NCBI GenBank assembly: GCA_044426085.1
Contig: JAWXUU010000002.1
Span: forward strand, 36,663-100,662
Length of the DNA: 64,000 nt
Source of the DNA: Bacillota bacterium
GTDB taxonomy: Bacteria; Bacillota; Clostridia; Christensenellales; CAMQZB01
Direction: 5' to 3'
Shown here piece by piece: positions 18,954 through 30,786 of the stretch; position 1 is the stretch's first letter; each line of letters opens with the position of its first letter. The notes beneath the pieces were generated by a model. The model saw only the letters and a list, made by a program, of their open reading frames with translations. It searched no databases and was not told the origin of the DNA. A program made the position numbers and the translations under genes.

Positions 18954-21900
18954 ATGAAAACAAAATTAAAAACAAACAAGCTTGTGTTGATATGTGCAAT
19001 CATGATGATAGTGATGCTATGTATTGCAGTTTCACCAACGGAAATTGCGTTTGCAGATGAATACACAGAAGTAATTGAAGCATCAAGCATAAGTTCGCTT
19101 GTGACGCAACTGTCAACGGCAACTTCAGGTCAGTATTATAAGTACACGGGATCGGAAACTACAACATCTGATTTCACTATTCCAGAGGGAGTTACTGTTG
19201 AAATAACTGAAGAAAGTGCATTGCAAATGAGCAATTCATCAAACACTTCAAAAACATTGACAAACAAGGGTACCCTAATAATAAATGGAACATTTACAAT
19301 ATATGGTAAAGTTGTCAACAATGGTGAAATAACAAATAATAATTATTTGACTAACAGTGGCACATTCACAAACAGTGGAACGATAAACAATGGAACTATA
19401 AACAGTGGAACGATAAACAATCATTCTTATTTAACTAACAGTGGTACATTCACAAACAGTGGAACGATAAACAATTTTTCATATTTAACAAATAACAGCA
19501 CATTCACAAACAGTGGAGAAATAAACAACAATTATGTTTTAACAAACAACAGCACATTCACAAACAGTGGAACTATAACAAATGTAGATGGACTCCGTGT
19601 TTACAGTATTAATAACTTGGGAACGTTCACGCAATCAAGCAATGGAACTATTTCTGTAGGACATATTCAAAACTCGGGATTTTTCTATCTCAATAATGAA
19701 ATATCATCATATGAAAGTTTCAATAATATTGGTGCAATTCTAGTTCCTAGTGATAAATTGCTAAATTATGCTAATAATGAGTTTGATGGTTACGTTGGTT
19801 ATTCGGAAAACTACACAATTTCTGAAGGTGCAAAACTAACTATTCCATCAGGCAACACTCTTTATGTTTTAAGTGGAAAAACATTCACAAACAACGGCGC
19901 AATTGACGGTGCTATTTATAACAAGGGTACATATTATGCGAATGTAAATTCAACAATTTCAGGTGATATCACAAATGCTGGAGATATTTATATTGCAGAA
20001 AATCACGATTTTGAATACCGTCAAATTGTGTCATCATCAAATTTATATGTCTACGACATAACAAATGCACTTTCAGCATTGGAAAACACAACATGTGTGT
20101 ATATCAAGAAGTCAATTGAAATTCTTGATGGCGTTGATTTTGTTATTAAAGATGGAGTTCAACTTTTTGTTGAGCCAACATTGTCGCAAAATGATGATGA
20201 AACGTATGTTATAATAAAATATAACAATCAAAATCAATATCAAGATGATAAAACAACAATAACTGGAACAATTCAAATTCAAGAAGGCGGAAGAATCTAT
20301 AACTGGACTCAAGATGATATGACAGTCATATTTGGTGAAGAAACAATAACTGTACCATATAAAGAGTTCTACATTGCAAAAACCGTTTTGGAATCAGATA
20401 TTACATACGTAAGCACAGCTGACGAATTGGCTAACGCATTGAGAAATGATGACCAATATATCAAAATGACTCAAAATATAACGCTTACAGAAGGTAATCT
20501 TGCAGAAGGTCAAACTTGGTATATCGCTGAAGAATTCAGTGGCACACTAGACGGTGGCGGATATAAATTGACACTTCAATCAAAAAATGTTTCATCAACT
20601 GAAGAATTTGGTTTTTATCTTGTCTATTATCTAAGAGACGGCTTTGTGATGAAGGATTTAGATATTTATAACGAGGGCGCACTTCACAGCTTGACTTGTT
20701 ATAACAGTACTTTAGGATACTACCTAATGTTCGATAATGTAGACATTTTGGGTAACCCTGATGAAGTATATTCGATTGGAAACAATGGAGCTTTGTATAT
20801 CGCACACAGCTTTGGATATTTGGTTATGAAAGATTGTGTTAACTATCAAAACATGGGTGGCTCTGGTTATCAAGCAATTTTTGTCGGCGGATATCTATAC
20901 AAAAACGCACTTGCAACGTTCAAAAACTGTGATAACTATGGCACATTGAATGGCGAAAACGTCGCAATGTTTTTGGGCAATCCTTCACAAGGTAATAATT
21001 TGATATACGATAGTGTATACGTTTCAGAATCAGAAAACTATGGAAGCATCATTGGAACAATAACAGCAAATGTGTTTTCAAAAAATGACAACAGCGCAAA
21101 TTATGATAAATTTCTTGCAATTTATACTGCTGACACAATCAATGGTGTAATAGATGATATCAGCGGTACAATTGCTGTTATGGATTATGATTTTTCAGGA
21201 AGCGTGAGCGCAACAGATGGATCAGTTTCAATTGCGCTAAAAAATGATGAGGATGAAGCTTATTCATACGGCGTAAGATTGTGGGCGTATTCATCTCATG
21301 CAACAGCTGGAACATTTGTAATGTCAGCATATTTCAAAGATATTGCAACCCTTGATATATTCAATGCAATGAACATAAAAACGGGTAAATTCATCGATGA
21401 TGTAACTTTCGCAAGCTTGTATCCAGATGAAGAAACCTACAGCATATTGTGGGATAACAGTGTGTATAACTATCAAGCATATCTTGACGCAACAGTTGCA
21501 ATAGTTGATGAAACACTATATTATATTTTCGATACAAAAGAAGGTTATGTTTTCAACACAAAGCCATACTTGACAATCTTTGCGTATAATGAAGATGGAG
21601 CACTAATCGGAAGTAAAAATGTGACATACTCATTTGGTGACGAATATTCAATCTCAGATTTCGAAGCTTATGGCGACAGTTATGCATTTTTCACTGTTGA
21701 AGAATTCCTAACTTCACCATATATCACATCGGATAACTATATCAATGCCAACTACACAATCGCATATGGCGAATCATACACACTTGAAAAAGGTCAAACC
21801 TTGACAATTTCAGAAAATATTGCATTTGTAAACAGCGGCACAATCACAATGAAACTTGGTTCAGCAATTGTGAACAACGGCACAGAAACAATTGAAAATA

Positions 21901-22943
21901 TTGTGTTTAATGGCGAACCATACAGCGTGGCAACAGGCGAAACATTCACAGCGGAAATAAATGACACTGTCGAAGTAGTTGGCAGCGTGAACACTGCAAC
22001 ATCAGGTGTTTCAACACTTCTTGACAAATTTGTATCGGGCAGTGACTACATAGATGGTGATATAACCAATATCAACAATGCAGTTTCAGCTGTTGTAGAA
22101 ACAGATAAAGAAATTGTTGCATCATCAGAAGAAGCTGTTGAAATCATCAACAAACTAGACGAATTGTTCGTCGATGCAAACAGCACTGTAACCGTTGCAG
22201 AATCAACAGTTGACTCATCAAAATACGAAGCGTATATCGATGAAGACAGCAAAATTGATGATGAAGCAGCAGTTGAAGTATCAGGCTTGGCACTTTCAAT
22301 CTTGAGTTCTGATTCTTATACTATTGACGGAACAACTGAATATGAAGTTGGCCTTGATGTATCTCAAACATCAGGTTCTTCAGAATCAATATCATTCAGC
22401 ATAAGCCCATATATAAGTGTAGGCACTGACGAAAAAACATCAATTTCAAACAGCGAACTTTTGTCTCCAGTAACAATTAAAATTCCACTTCCTTCAACAT
22501 ATTCAGCAACAAAAGTGGAAATTGTTCACGAATCAACCGACAGAAGCACAGTTGAAACATACATCGCAGATGTTCAAACTTTAGATGGTTCAAAATATGC
22601 AGAAATCACAATCACGCATTTCTCAACATTCACAATATATGAATACGAATCAGCTTCAACAACTTCATCTTCAAGCGGAATCACGCTTTCAAGTAAATAT
22701 ACAGTTGGTGGAACTTCAACAGAAGTAGAAACTGAAACAGAAGTTGAAGCAGAAGCAGAAACAGAAACTCCAGAAGAAACAGAAACGCCAACAGCAACAG
22801 AAACCCCAACAGCGACAATCACGCCAGTTGTGCCGGAAGACACAACAACAACAACTTCATCAAACGCATGGATTTGGATTGTTCTAGGAGTATTGGTTAT
22901 CGGTGGAATCGCAGGATTTGTTATCTACAAAAAGAAAAACTAA
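18954..22943 (+). CDS. Large secreted, membrane-anchored surface protein (putative adhesin) with Asn/Thr/Gly-rich repeats and a C-terminal TM anchor
   Basis: N-terminal signal peptide ending AFA-DE. Four to five copies of a ~16-aa YLTNSGTFTNSGTINN repeat. An acidic T/E/P-rich stalk. A C-terminal hydrophobic helix WIWIVLGVLVIGGIAGFVIY followed by KKKN, with no LPXTG. Strong TAGGAGG RBS. Confidence 0.8.
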   Translation: MKTKLKTNKLVLICAIMMIVMLCIAVSPTEIAFADEYTEVIEASSISSLVTQLSTATSGQYYKYTGSETTTSDFTIPEGVTVEITEESALQMSNSSNTSKTLTNKGTLIINGTFTIYGKVVNNGEITNNNYLTNSGTFTNSGTINNGTINSGTINNHSYLTNSGTFTNSGTINNFSYLTNNSTFTNSGEINNNYVLTNNSTFTNSGTITNVDGLRVYSINNLGTFTQSSNGTISVGHIQNSGFFYLNNEISSYESFNNIGAILVPSDKLLNYANNEFDGYVGYSENYTISEGAKLTIPSGNTLYVLSGKTFTNNGAIDGAIYNKGTYYANVNSTISGDITNAGDIYIAENHDFEYRQIVSSSNLYVYDITNALSALENTTCVYIKKSIEILDGVDFVIKDGVQLFVEPTLSQNDDETYVIIKYNNQNQYQDDKTTITGTIQIQEGGRIYNWTQDDMTVIFGEETITVPYKEFYIAKTVLESDITYVSTADELANALRNDDQYIKMTQNITLTEGNLAEGQTWYIAEEFSGTLDGGGYKLTLQSKNVSSTEEFGFYLVYYLRDGFVMKDLDIYNEGALHSLTCYNSTLGYYLMFDNVDILGNPDEVYSIGNNGALYIAHSFGYLVMKDCVNYQNMGGSGYQAIFVGGYLYKNALATFKNCDNYGTLNGENVAMFLGNPSQGNNLIYDSVYVSESENYGSIIGTITANVFSKNDNSANYDKFLAIYTADTINGVIDDISGTIAVMDYDFSGSVSATDGSVSIALKNDEDEAYSYGVRLWAYSSHATAGTFVMSAYFKDIATLDIFNAMNIKTGKFIDDVTFASLYPDEETYSILWDNSVYNYQAYLDATVAIVDETLYYIFDTKEGYVFNTKPYLTIFAYNEDGALIGSKNVTYSFGDEYSISDFEAYGDSYAFFTVEEFLTSPYITSDNYINANYTIAYGESYTLEKGQTLTISENIAFVNSGTITMKLGSAIVNNGTETIENIVFNGEPYSVATGETFTAEINDTVEVVGSVNTATSGVSTLLDKFVSGSDYIDGDITNINNAVSAVVETDKEIVASSEEAVEIINKLDELFVDANSTVTVAESTVDSSKYEAYIDEDSKIDDEAAVEVSGLALSILSSDSYTIDGTTEYEVGLDVSQTSGSSESISFSISPYISVGTDEKTSISNSELLSPVTIKIPLPSTYSATKVEIVHESTDRSTVETYIADVQTLDGSKYAEITITHFSTFTIYEYESASTTSSSSGITLSSKYTVGGTSTEVETETEVEAEAETETPEETETPTATETPTATITPVVPEDTTTTTSSNAWIWIVLGVLVIGGIAGFVIYKKKN
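19340..19585 (+). repeat. In-frame tandem DNA repeats (~48-nt unit containing ACATTCACAAACAGTGGA)
   Basis: The core ACATTCACAAACAGTGGA recurs four times within about 245 nt and encodes the TFTNSG repeats. Confidence 0.8.
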
Positions 22944-22955
22944 AAAGCTAACAAC

Positions 22956-23037
22956 TTCCCAAAAGGGAATTCATAAATTCTATATTATACTAAATAAGAA
23001 CGCCAGGGAATGCTAAGCATTGGCGTTCTTATTTTTT
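22956..23037. repeat. Two-hairpin intergenic repeat, copy B; bidirectional terminator between the surface-protein gene and groEL
   Basis: TTCCC-aaaa-GGGAA hairpin (22956-22969). CATAAATTCTATATTATAC (22972-22990). Terminator hairpin AAGAACGCCA.../...TGGCGTTCTT with the same GGAATGCTAAGC centre as copy A, then T7. Confidence 0.75.
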
Positions 23038-23109
23038 TAAATATCAAAACACAAAACAAAAGGGCGGAAAAAATCCGCCCGTGTTTTATATATAATGTAT
23101 GGATAAATA

Positions 23110-24747
<1,638 letters not shown>

Positions 24748-24758
24748 TTACCCCTTAA

Positions 24759-25043
24759 TTATTCAATGATTGCAAGAACGTCTGATTGTCTAAGAATTGT
24801 AACTTCTTCACCGTCAAGTTTGAAATCAGTTCCCGCGTATTTAGAATATAATACTTTATCGCCAACAGAAACAACAATGTTGATTTCTTTGCCGTCAACA
24901 ATTCCGCCCGCACCAACAGCCAAAACAACGCCGATTTGTTGTTTTTCTTGCGCTTGTGTTGGGAGCAAAATTCCGCTCTTAGTTTTTTCTTCTGGATTTT
25001 CCTGTTTGATTACGATTTTGTCAAACAATGGTTTTAGTTTCAT
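24759..25043 (-). CDS. groES: Co-chaperonin GroES (10 kDa)
   Basis: 94 aa, MKLKPLFDKIVIK...; GGAGG RBS. Confidence 0.97.
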   Translation of the reverse strand: MKLKPLFDKIVIKQENPEEKTKSGILLPTQAQEKQQIGVVLAVGAGGIVDGKEINIVVSVGDKVLYSKYAGTDFKLDGEEVTILRQSDVLAIIE

Positions 25044-25090
25044 AATTAACCTCCAAATAAATTTTTTGCTTAATCATTATAGCACAATTT

Positions 25091-25117
25091 TTAGCACTCT
25101 GCAACTAAGAGTGCTAG
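25091..25117 (-). promoter_or_regulatory. CIRCE operator (HrcA binding site) overlapping the groESL promoter
   Basis: TTAGCACTC-N9-GAGTGCTAG, one mismatch to the consensus TTAGCACTC-N9-GAGTGCTAA. On the minus strand, a TTGCAG -35 lies in the CIRCE loop and TGcTATAAT lies at 25076-25081. Confidence 0.9.
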
Positions 25118-25341
25118 TTTTTTGTAAATTTTTTATAAATTTATTATGTTTTTTTAAAATACATCTAAACTAATAATATAAATTTACAATTCAAAATGAT
25201 ATATATAATAAAATTTTATTCATTCTTTACATAATTATTCACAAAAAACTTAAGATATATATTGATTTTTTAATAAATCAATGCTAAAATGTATAAGTAT
25301 TTAACAACGTGTAGTATTTTAATTACAAAATGGAGGTTGCT

Positions 25342-25797
25342 GTGAATAAGTGGGATAAAAGATTCATGGAAATGGCATGGCTTGTCAGCGGATGGTCAAG
25401 TTGTTATAGGGAAGGAAGACAAATCGGTGCAGTTATTGTGCGAAACAAACGCATTTTGACAACTGGATATAACGGTGCACCTTCCAACATAGAAAGCTGT
25501 GTTGATAAAGGCGTTTGCATGCGCGACAAACTCGGCATTGCAAGCGGAACAAAACATGAACTTTGCTACGCTGTCCACGCCGAACAAAACGCCATCGTTC
25601 AAGCTTCAAAATTGGGGCTTGCGCTTGAAGGTGCCACGCTTTATTGCACTCACCAACCATGCGTGATATGCGCAAAACTAATCATCAATTCAGGAATAAC
25701 AAGAATTGTTTATGAAAAAGACTACCCAGACGCGTTTTCAATTGAATTATTGAAAGAAGCTGGCGTAGAAATGGAAAAATTTGAAGGAGAAATATAA
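25342..25797 (+). CDS. Deoxycytidylate (dCMP) deaminase, ComEB-like
   Basis: Zinc motifs HAEQNA and PCVICAK. GGAGG lies 5 nt upstream of GTG 25342; the alternative ATG at 25330 lacks an RBS. Confidence 0.8.
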   Translation: MNKWDKRFMEMAWLVSGWSSCYREGRQIGAVIVRNKRILTTGYNGAPSNIESCVDKGVCMRDKLGIASGTKHELCYAVHAEQNAIVQASKLGLALEGATLYCTHQPCVICAKLIINSGITRIVYEKDYPDAFSIELLKEAGVEMEKFEGEI

Positions 25798-25798
25798 A

Positions 25799-26317
25799 AT
25801 GCAAAATCCAATAGTAACAATCGAAATAGAAAACTACGGAACAATCAAGGCAGAACTTTTGCCAAAAGTTGCTCCAAACAGTGTCAACAACTTCATAAGC
25901 CTAATCAAAAAAGGTTTCTATGACGGAATCATTTTCCACAGAATCATCGAAGGCTTCATGCTTCAAGGTGGCGACCCAACAGGAACTGGCATGGGCGGTC
26001 CTGGATATTCAATCAAAGGCGAATTTTCTGGCAACGGTTTCCAAAACGATTTGAAACATGAATTTGGTGTACTTTCTATGGCAAGATCAATGAGCCCAAA
26101 TTCAGCTGGCTCACAATTTTTCATCATGCTAGACACTCACAAACATCTAGACCGTCAATATGCAGGCTTTGGCTTCGTGACAGAAGGTGGCGATGTTGTA
26201 AGAAAAATCGGAAATGTCGGGACAAACAGAGCAGACAAACCTCTTCAAGATGTGAAAATCTCAAGCATGACTGTTGAAACTTTCGGAGAAGAATATCCAC
26301 AACCAATCAAATGCTAA
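25799..26317 (+). CDS. Peptidyl-prolyl cis-trans isomerase, cyclophilin type (cytoplasmic)
   Basis: Motifs FHRIIEGFMLQGGDP and SMARS..NSAGSQFFI. GAAGGAGA RBS before ATG 25799. Confidence 0.9.
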   Translation: MQNPIVTIEIENYGTIKAELLPKVAPNSVNNFISLIKKGFYDGIIFHRIIEGFMLQGGDPTGTGMGGPGYSIKGEFSGNGFQNDLKHEFGVLSMARSMSPNSAGSQFFIMLDTHKHLDRQYAGFGFVTEGGDVVRKIGNVGTNRADKPLQDVKISSMTVETFGEEYPQPIKC

Positions 26318-26380
26318 TAAAAACAAAGTAAAACAAAACAAAACAAAATAAAAACAAAATAAATACTATGGGAGAATATT

Positions 26381-27718
26381 ATGGATAAGGTTGTAAAAGA
26401 AAAATTCAAGACGACCAAGATTGAAAAATCATGGATACTCTACGACGTTGCAAACTCGGCATACGTTCTTATGGCAACGGCGCTTATTCCAATTTTTTAC
26501 GGAATAATCGCAACGAATGCAGGCATGAGCGATACAGCACAAGTGACAATCTTTGGCACAATGCTTTCCCTTGCTGCGCTTGTTGTTGGGCTTTTGAATC
26601 CAATTCTTGGGGCGATTGCAGATAACAAAGGCATGCGAAAGAAAATGTTTCTATTCTTCCTTTTGGTTGGAGTTGTGGGCTGTTTCTTGTTTTCAATTGC
26701 CAACACAGTTGTCATCGTTGCAATCGTGATGATTATAAGTCAAATCGGTCTTAATGGCAGTATCGTGTTTTCAGATGCGATGCTTGTTGATATCACAGTT
26801 GAAAACAGAATGGACAGAGTTTCTTCGCGTGGCTATGCATGGGGGTATATCGGAAGTTGTATTCCATTTATCATCTGCCTTGTGATATACATGCTCACTA
26901 TTATGCCAATCGGTGGGGAATATCTTCTTCCTTTCTCGGAAACTCGTGCAATCCAAATCGGCATGGTGATAACAGGTTTTTGGTGGATTATTGTGACATT
27001 GCCACTTCTTAAAAACTATAAGCAAAAATACGGTGTAGAACCAAGCAAAAATCAAATAAAAGATAGCTTTGCAAAACTTGCCTACACATTTAAAAACGCA
27101 AAAAATTATAAAGTGCCATTCATGTTTGTCATCGCCTTTTTCTTTTATATAAACGGCGTAACAACAATCATCGGCATGAGCATAACATACGCTTCAAGCG
27201 TTCTGGGTGCAAATGCAATCGATTCAATCAAGTTGGTTCTAGCACTTTTGATGACGCAGTTTGTGGCGTTCCCGTCTGCTATTGTCATGGGCAATCTTGC
27301 AAACAAAGTGTCGCCAAGAAAATTGATTTTGATTTCAATCGCGGGATATTTCTGCGTGACAATTTTCGCGGTGTTCCTTTCTTCAATAACTCAATTTTTC
27401 ATCATGGCTTTCTTTGTGGGTCTTTTCCAAGGCGGTATTCAAGCGCTTTCAAGATCATATTTTGCAAAGATAGTTCCAAAGGAAAAATCAAACGAGTTCT
27501 TTGGAATGTACGACATCTGTTCGAAGGGTGCCGCGGTGCTTGGTCCTGCTGTTATGGCGGCTGCAACGCTTGTGTTCAACTCTCCAAGGGTTGGTGTTGG
27601 TATTTTGGTTTGGTTCTTCCTTATCGGCGGAATAATACTTATGAAATTGCCTGAAAACATTTCAGACTTGCCAATCGAAGAATACGACAAACTATACGTC
27701 AATAATCAAGAAAACTAA
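26381..27718 (+). CDS. MFS transporter (UMF1/Atg22-like family)
   Basis: About 12 TM helices. The N-terminal WILYDVANSAY motif is characteristic of the UMF1 family. Confidence 0.75.
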   Translation: MDKVVKEKFKTTKIEKSWILYDVANSAYVLMATALIPIFYGIIATNAGMSDTAQVTIFGTMLSLAALVVGLLNPILGAIADNKGMRKKMFLFFLLVGVVGCFLFSIANTVVIVAIVMIISQIGLNGSIVFSDAMLVDITVENRMDRVSSRGYAWGYIGSCIPFIICLVIYMLTIMPIGGEYLLPFSETRAIQIGMVITGFWWIIVTLPLLKNYKQKYGVEPSKNQIKDSFAKLAYTFKNAKNYKVPFMFVIAFFFYINGVTTIIGMSITYASSVLGANAIDSIKLVLALLMTQFVAFPSAIVMGNLANKVSPRKLILISIAGYFCVTIFAVFLSSITQFFIMAFFVGLFQGGIQALSRSYFAKIVPKEKSNEFFGMYDICSKGAAVLGPAVMAAATLVFNSPRVGVGILVWFFLIGGIILMKLPENISDLPIEEYDKLYVNNQEN

Positions 27719-27746
27719 TTGCGTAATAAAAATTAATATGATATAA

Positions 27747-27779
27747 TAAGCTAGATAAATTCATCTAGCTTATTTTTTT
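27747..27779 (+). terminator. Intrinsic terminator after the MFS gene
   Basis: TAAGCTAGAT (27747-27756) pairs with ATCTAGCTTA (27763-27772), followed by T7. Confidence 0.7.
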
Positions 27780-27790
27780 AGGAGGGGATA

Positions 27791-29428
27791 ATGGCAAATT
27801 TTCTATTGATAGCATTTTCAATACTTTTTGGCGGAATATTTGCGTATAAACCACTTCTTTGCATGGCGAAAGCTGGTGATAAAACAGCGGAAATGAAAAA
27901 ATATCAAAGCGAATTCATTCTTGCGGGCATAATAATTATTGGCTGTCTTGCAAGAACTGTATTTTTGGAATTTTTCCCATACGGACTAAATCAAGATGAA
28001 GCATCAATTGGATACGAAGCGTTTTCCCTTGCAAACTATGGTGTTGATAGAAATGGTTTGTCTTATCCAATCCACTTCATATCTTGGGGAAGCGGTCAAA
28101 ACGCACTTTATGCCTATATCGCAATCCCTTTTGTGAAAGTTTTGGGTCTTTCAGTTCTTTCAACACGCTTGCCAATGGCAATTATTGGCTGTGTTTCTAT
28201 TTATGTTTTCTACTTCCTAGCAAAACAACTTATGCCAAAGCACGCTGTTTTTGCTACCTTCTTTTTTGCAATCAGCCCGTGGCACATCGAAAAGAGCCGT
28301 TGGGCACTTGAAAGCAATATTTTTCCCGACATTTTCCTGCTTGGCGTGCTACTTTTGGTTCTCGCAATAAACGGCAAAAAATACTGTTATTTTCTTTCTG
28401 GATTGGTCTTTGCAATCTCAACATATTCATATGGCACATCATATTTTATCTTGCCGATATTTTGCGTTGCAACCTTGATAATTTTGCTATCCAAAAGGAA
28501 GATTTCCCTTCTTGATTGCACAAACCTTATGGCAACAATCGCTATCCTTTCATTGCCAATGATAATCTTTGTTCTGCTGAATTATTCAAGCTACGAAAGT
28601 ATCGAATTTTTTGGTGTGACAATTCCAAAACTCTATCAAAACAGGCAGACGTTTATTTTTAATCTAGACGGCACGTTTTTCACTAGCATTTTTGCAAACT
28701 TCAAAACGGCAATTGGCATAATTTTCACCCAATATGACGGACTCGTTTGGAGCGGAATGCCATTTTTTGGTGTTGCGTATGCAATATTGTCGCCATTTTT
28801 TGTGTTTGGGGTGTACAAATCCATAAGGGAAAAAGATGATTGCGAAATCCCAATGCAAGTTTGGCTTTTCACTTCGATTTTGATGATGTTTTTTATCGAA
28901 GCAAATATAAATCGTTCAAATATTTTGTTTATCCCATTGATATATTTCACTGCAAAAGGCATAACGCCACTGCTTGATAAAAAAGTGCTAGGCAAACATG
29001 CAACGAAGATTGTCGCATTGTGTTTATGCGTGCTGTTTTTTGCATTTTCATCTTGCTATTTCGGAAGAGAACACCAAGAAAGCCTTTCTTTCCAATTTTT
29101 TGCGGGTGCGGGTGATGCAATGGTATCGGCAAACGAAAACTTTGAAAGCGTGTATGTCACAAGCAGTATCAACGAGCCGTATATAACATATCTCTTCTAC
29201 ATGCAAATTTCGCCATATGAATATCTAGAAACAAGGGAAGTTTACAACCCAGACGAATCGTTTGAATATATAAGCAGTATAAATAACTTCACCTTCTTTG
29301 ATATCGACCCCGATGATTTGCAAGAAAACGAATGTTATATCGCGTTTTCCTACAACGAAAGCGATATTGACCAATCTGTTTTCAATATCGAATACTTTGG
29401 CGAATTTATAATAATTTCCAAAAAGTAA
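27791..29428 (+). CDS. GT-C fold glycosyltransferase, family 39 / ArnT-PMT-like membrane protein
   Basis: Polytopic membrane protein with a first-loop GLNQDEASIGY (DE motif) typical of the PMT_2/ArnT family. TAGGAGGGG RBS. Confidence 0.65.
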   Translation: MANFLLIAFSILFGGIFAYKPLLCMAKAGDKTAEMKKYQSEFILAGIIIIGCLARTVFLEFFPYGLNQDEASIGYEAFSLANYGVDRNGLSYPIHFISWGSGQNALYAYIAIPFVKVLGLSVLSTRLPMAIIGCVSIYVFYFLAKQLMPKHAVFATFFFAISPWHIEKSRWALESNIFPDIFLLGVLLLVLAINGKKYCYFLSGLVFAISTYSYGTSYFILPIFCVATLIILLSKRKISLLDCTNLMATIAILSLPMIIFVLLNYSSYESIEFFGVTIPKLYQNRQTFIFNLDGTFFTSIFANFKTAIGIIFTQYDGLVWSGMPFFGVAYAILSPFFVFGVYKSIREKDDCEIPMQVWLFTSILMMFFIEANINRSNILFIPLIYFTAKGITPLLDKKVLGKHATKIVALCLCVLFFAFSSCYFGREHQESLSFQFFAGAGDAMVSANENFESVYVTSSINEPYITYLFYMQISPYEYLETREVYNPDESFEYISSINNFTFFDIDPDDLQENECYIAFSYNESDIDQSVFNIEYFGEFIIISKK

Positions 29429-29446
29429 CAATTTGTTAATAAACAC

Positions 29447-29474
29447 TTGACACATTTTTATTATAGTGTATAAT
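29447..29474 (+). promoter_or_regulatory. metK promoter (TTGACA-N16-TGTATAAT)
   Basis: TTGACA at 29447-29452, TATAAT at 29469-29474 with TG immediately upstream. Confidence 0.55.
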
Positions 29475-29557
29475 GTATACGGCAATACTAATTGACTAAT
29501 AAACTAAAACAATATATAATATTGTAGATATAAAATAAAATTAAGGAAAAAATACAA

Positions 29558-30727
29558 ATGGCAAAAAAATTTTTTACATCTGAAAGCGTAACTGAAGGTC
29601 ATCCAGATAAAATCTGTGACCAAATTTCCGATGCAATCCTAGATGATATCCTATCAAAAGACCCAATGGCAAGAGTTGCGTGCGAAACATGCGTAACAAA
29701 CGGCCTAGTTCTTGTTATGGGAGAAATAACAACAAACTGCTATACAGACATTGCAAAAATTGCAAGAAAAACAGTTGAAGAAATTGGCTACACTCGTGCT
29801 AAATTTGGATTTGATTCAAACACATGTGCTGTTCTAACTTCAATTTCAGAACAGTCACCTGATATCGCGCTCGGCGTTGATAATTCAGTTGAAAAAAAGA
29901 GCGGTGGCGACCTGCGCGACACGTTTGGTGCGGGGGATCAAGGCATGATGTTTGGTTACGCATGCGATGAAACTCCAGAACTTATGCCACTTCCAATCAC
30001 ACTTGCTCACAAACTTACTTATAAACTATCAAAAGTTAGAAAAATTATCGCAGAAGACATTCTTCGTCCCGATGGCAAAAGCCAAGTGACAGTTGAATAT
30101 CACGATAATGTTCCTGTAAGAGTGGATGCAATTGTAATTTCAACTCAACACTCAGCTGATATCTCGCGTGAAGAATTGCAAGAACTTATCATAAAACAAG
30201 TTATCAAACCGGTTATCCCAGAAAACTTGCTTGACGAAAACACAAAATATTTTATCAATCCAACAGGCAACTTTGAAATCGGCGGACCACAAGGGGACAG
30301 CGGACTTACAGGAAGAAAAATCATCGTTGATACCTACGGTGGATATTGCCCACACGGTGGCGGTGCATTCTCTGGTAAAGACCCAACAAAGGTGGATAGA
30401 TCAGCAGCATACATGGCAAGATACATCTGCAAAAACATCGTGGCGTCAGGAATGGCAACAAGATGTGAACTTGAAGTTGCATATGCAATCGGCGTTGCAA
30501 CACCAGTTTCAGTTCTTGTGAACACTTTCGGAACAGGTAAACTTTCTGATGAGCAAATTGGCGAAATTATTTCAAAAGAATTTGACCTAAGACCATATTC
30601 AATCATCGAAACACTTGACCTAAGAAAACCAATCTATAAAAAAACAGCAAGCTATGGTCACTTCGGAAGAGACATCTTCAGTTGGGAAAAAACAGACAGA
30701 GTTTGCGATTTGAAAAAATATTTGTAA
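29558..30727 (+). CDS. metK: S-adenosylmethionine synthase
   Basis: Motifs [19 protein letters not shown] and [19 protein letters not shown]. Confidence 0.97.
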   Translation: MAKKFFTSESVTEGHPDKICDQISDAILDDILSKDPMARVACETCVTNGLVLVMGEITTNCYTDIAKIARKTVEEIGYTRAKFGFDSNTCAVLTSISEQSPDIALGVDNSVEKKSGGDLRDTFGAGDQGMMFGYACDETPELMPLPITLAHKLTYKLSKVRKIIAEDILRPDGKSQVTVEYHDNVPVRVDAIVISTQHSADISREELQELIIKQVIKPVIPENLLDENTKYFINPTGNFEIGGPQGDSGLTGRKIIVDTYGGYCPHGGGAFSGKDPTKVDRSAAYMARYICKNIVASGMATRCELEVAYAIGVATPVSVLVNTFGTGKLSDEQIGEIISKEFDLRPYSIIETLDLRKPIYKKTASYGHFGRDIFSWEKTDRVCDLKKYL

Positions 30728-30740
30728 GAAGACAAAACAA

Positions 30741-30773
30741 AAGCAAGTGAACTTTTCTCTTGCTTTTCTTTTT
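30741..30773 (+). terminator. Intrinsic terminator after metK
   Basis: AAGCAAG (30741-30747) pairs with CTTGCTT (30759-30765), then a T-rich run. Confidence 0.65.
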
Positions 30774-30786
30774 AAGGAGAAACATC

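Noticed and set aside
22716-22860. Short periodic repeats (GAAACNGAAAC / ACAGAAAC...) checked as a possible CRISPR or minisatellite
   Set aside because: They lie in-frame inside the surface-protein CDS and encode a TETE/PTATETP acidic stalk. There is no repeat-spacer organisation.
26318-26380. A/C-rich microsatellite-like tract (CAAAA-type units) between the cyclophilin and MFS genes; a similar A-rich tract lies at 5929-5995
   Set aside because: The units are imperfect, and there is no evidence of a functional role or of phase-variable placement relative to a promoter or start codon. They are probably just low-complexity spacers.
29429-29557. Looked for a SAM-I (S-box) riboswitch upstream of metK
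   Set aside because: The leader is short, extremely AT-rich and shows none of the conserved S-box helices or a terminator. Only a promoter is evident.
30760-30786. Track start of recD2 at 30760
   Set aside because: It lies within the metK terminator hairpin and T-run. TTG 30787, preceded by AAGGAGA, is a better start.
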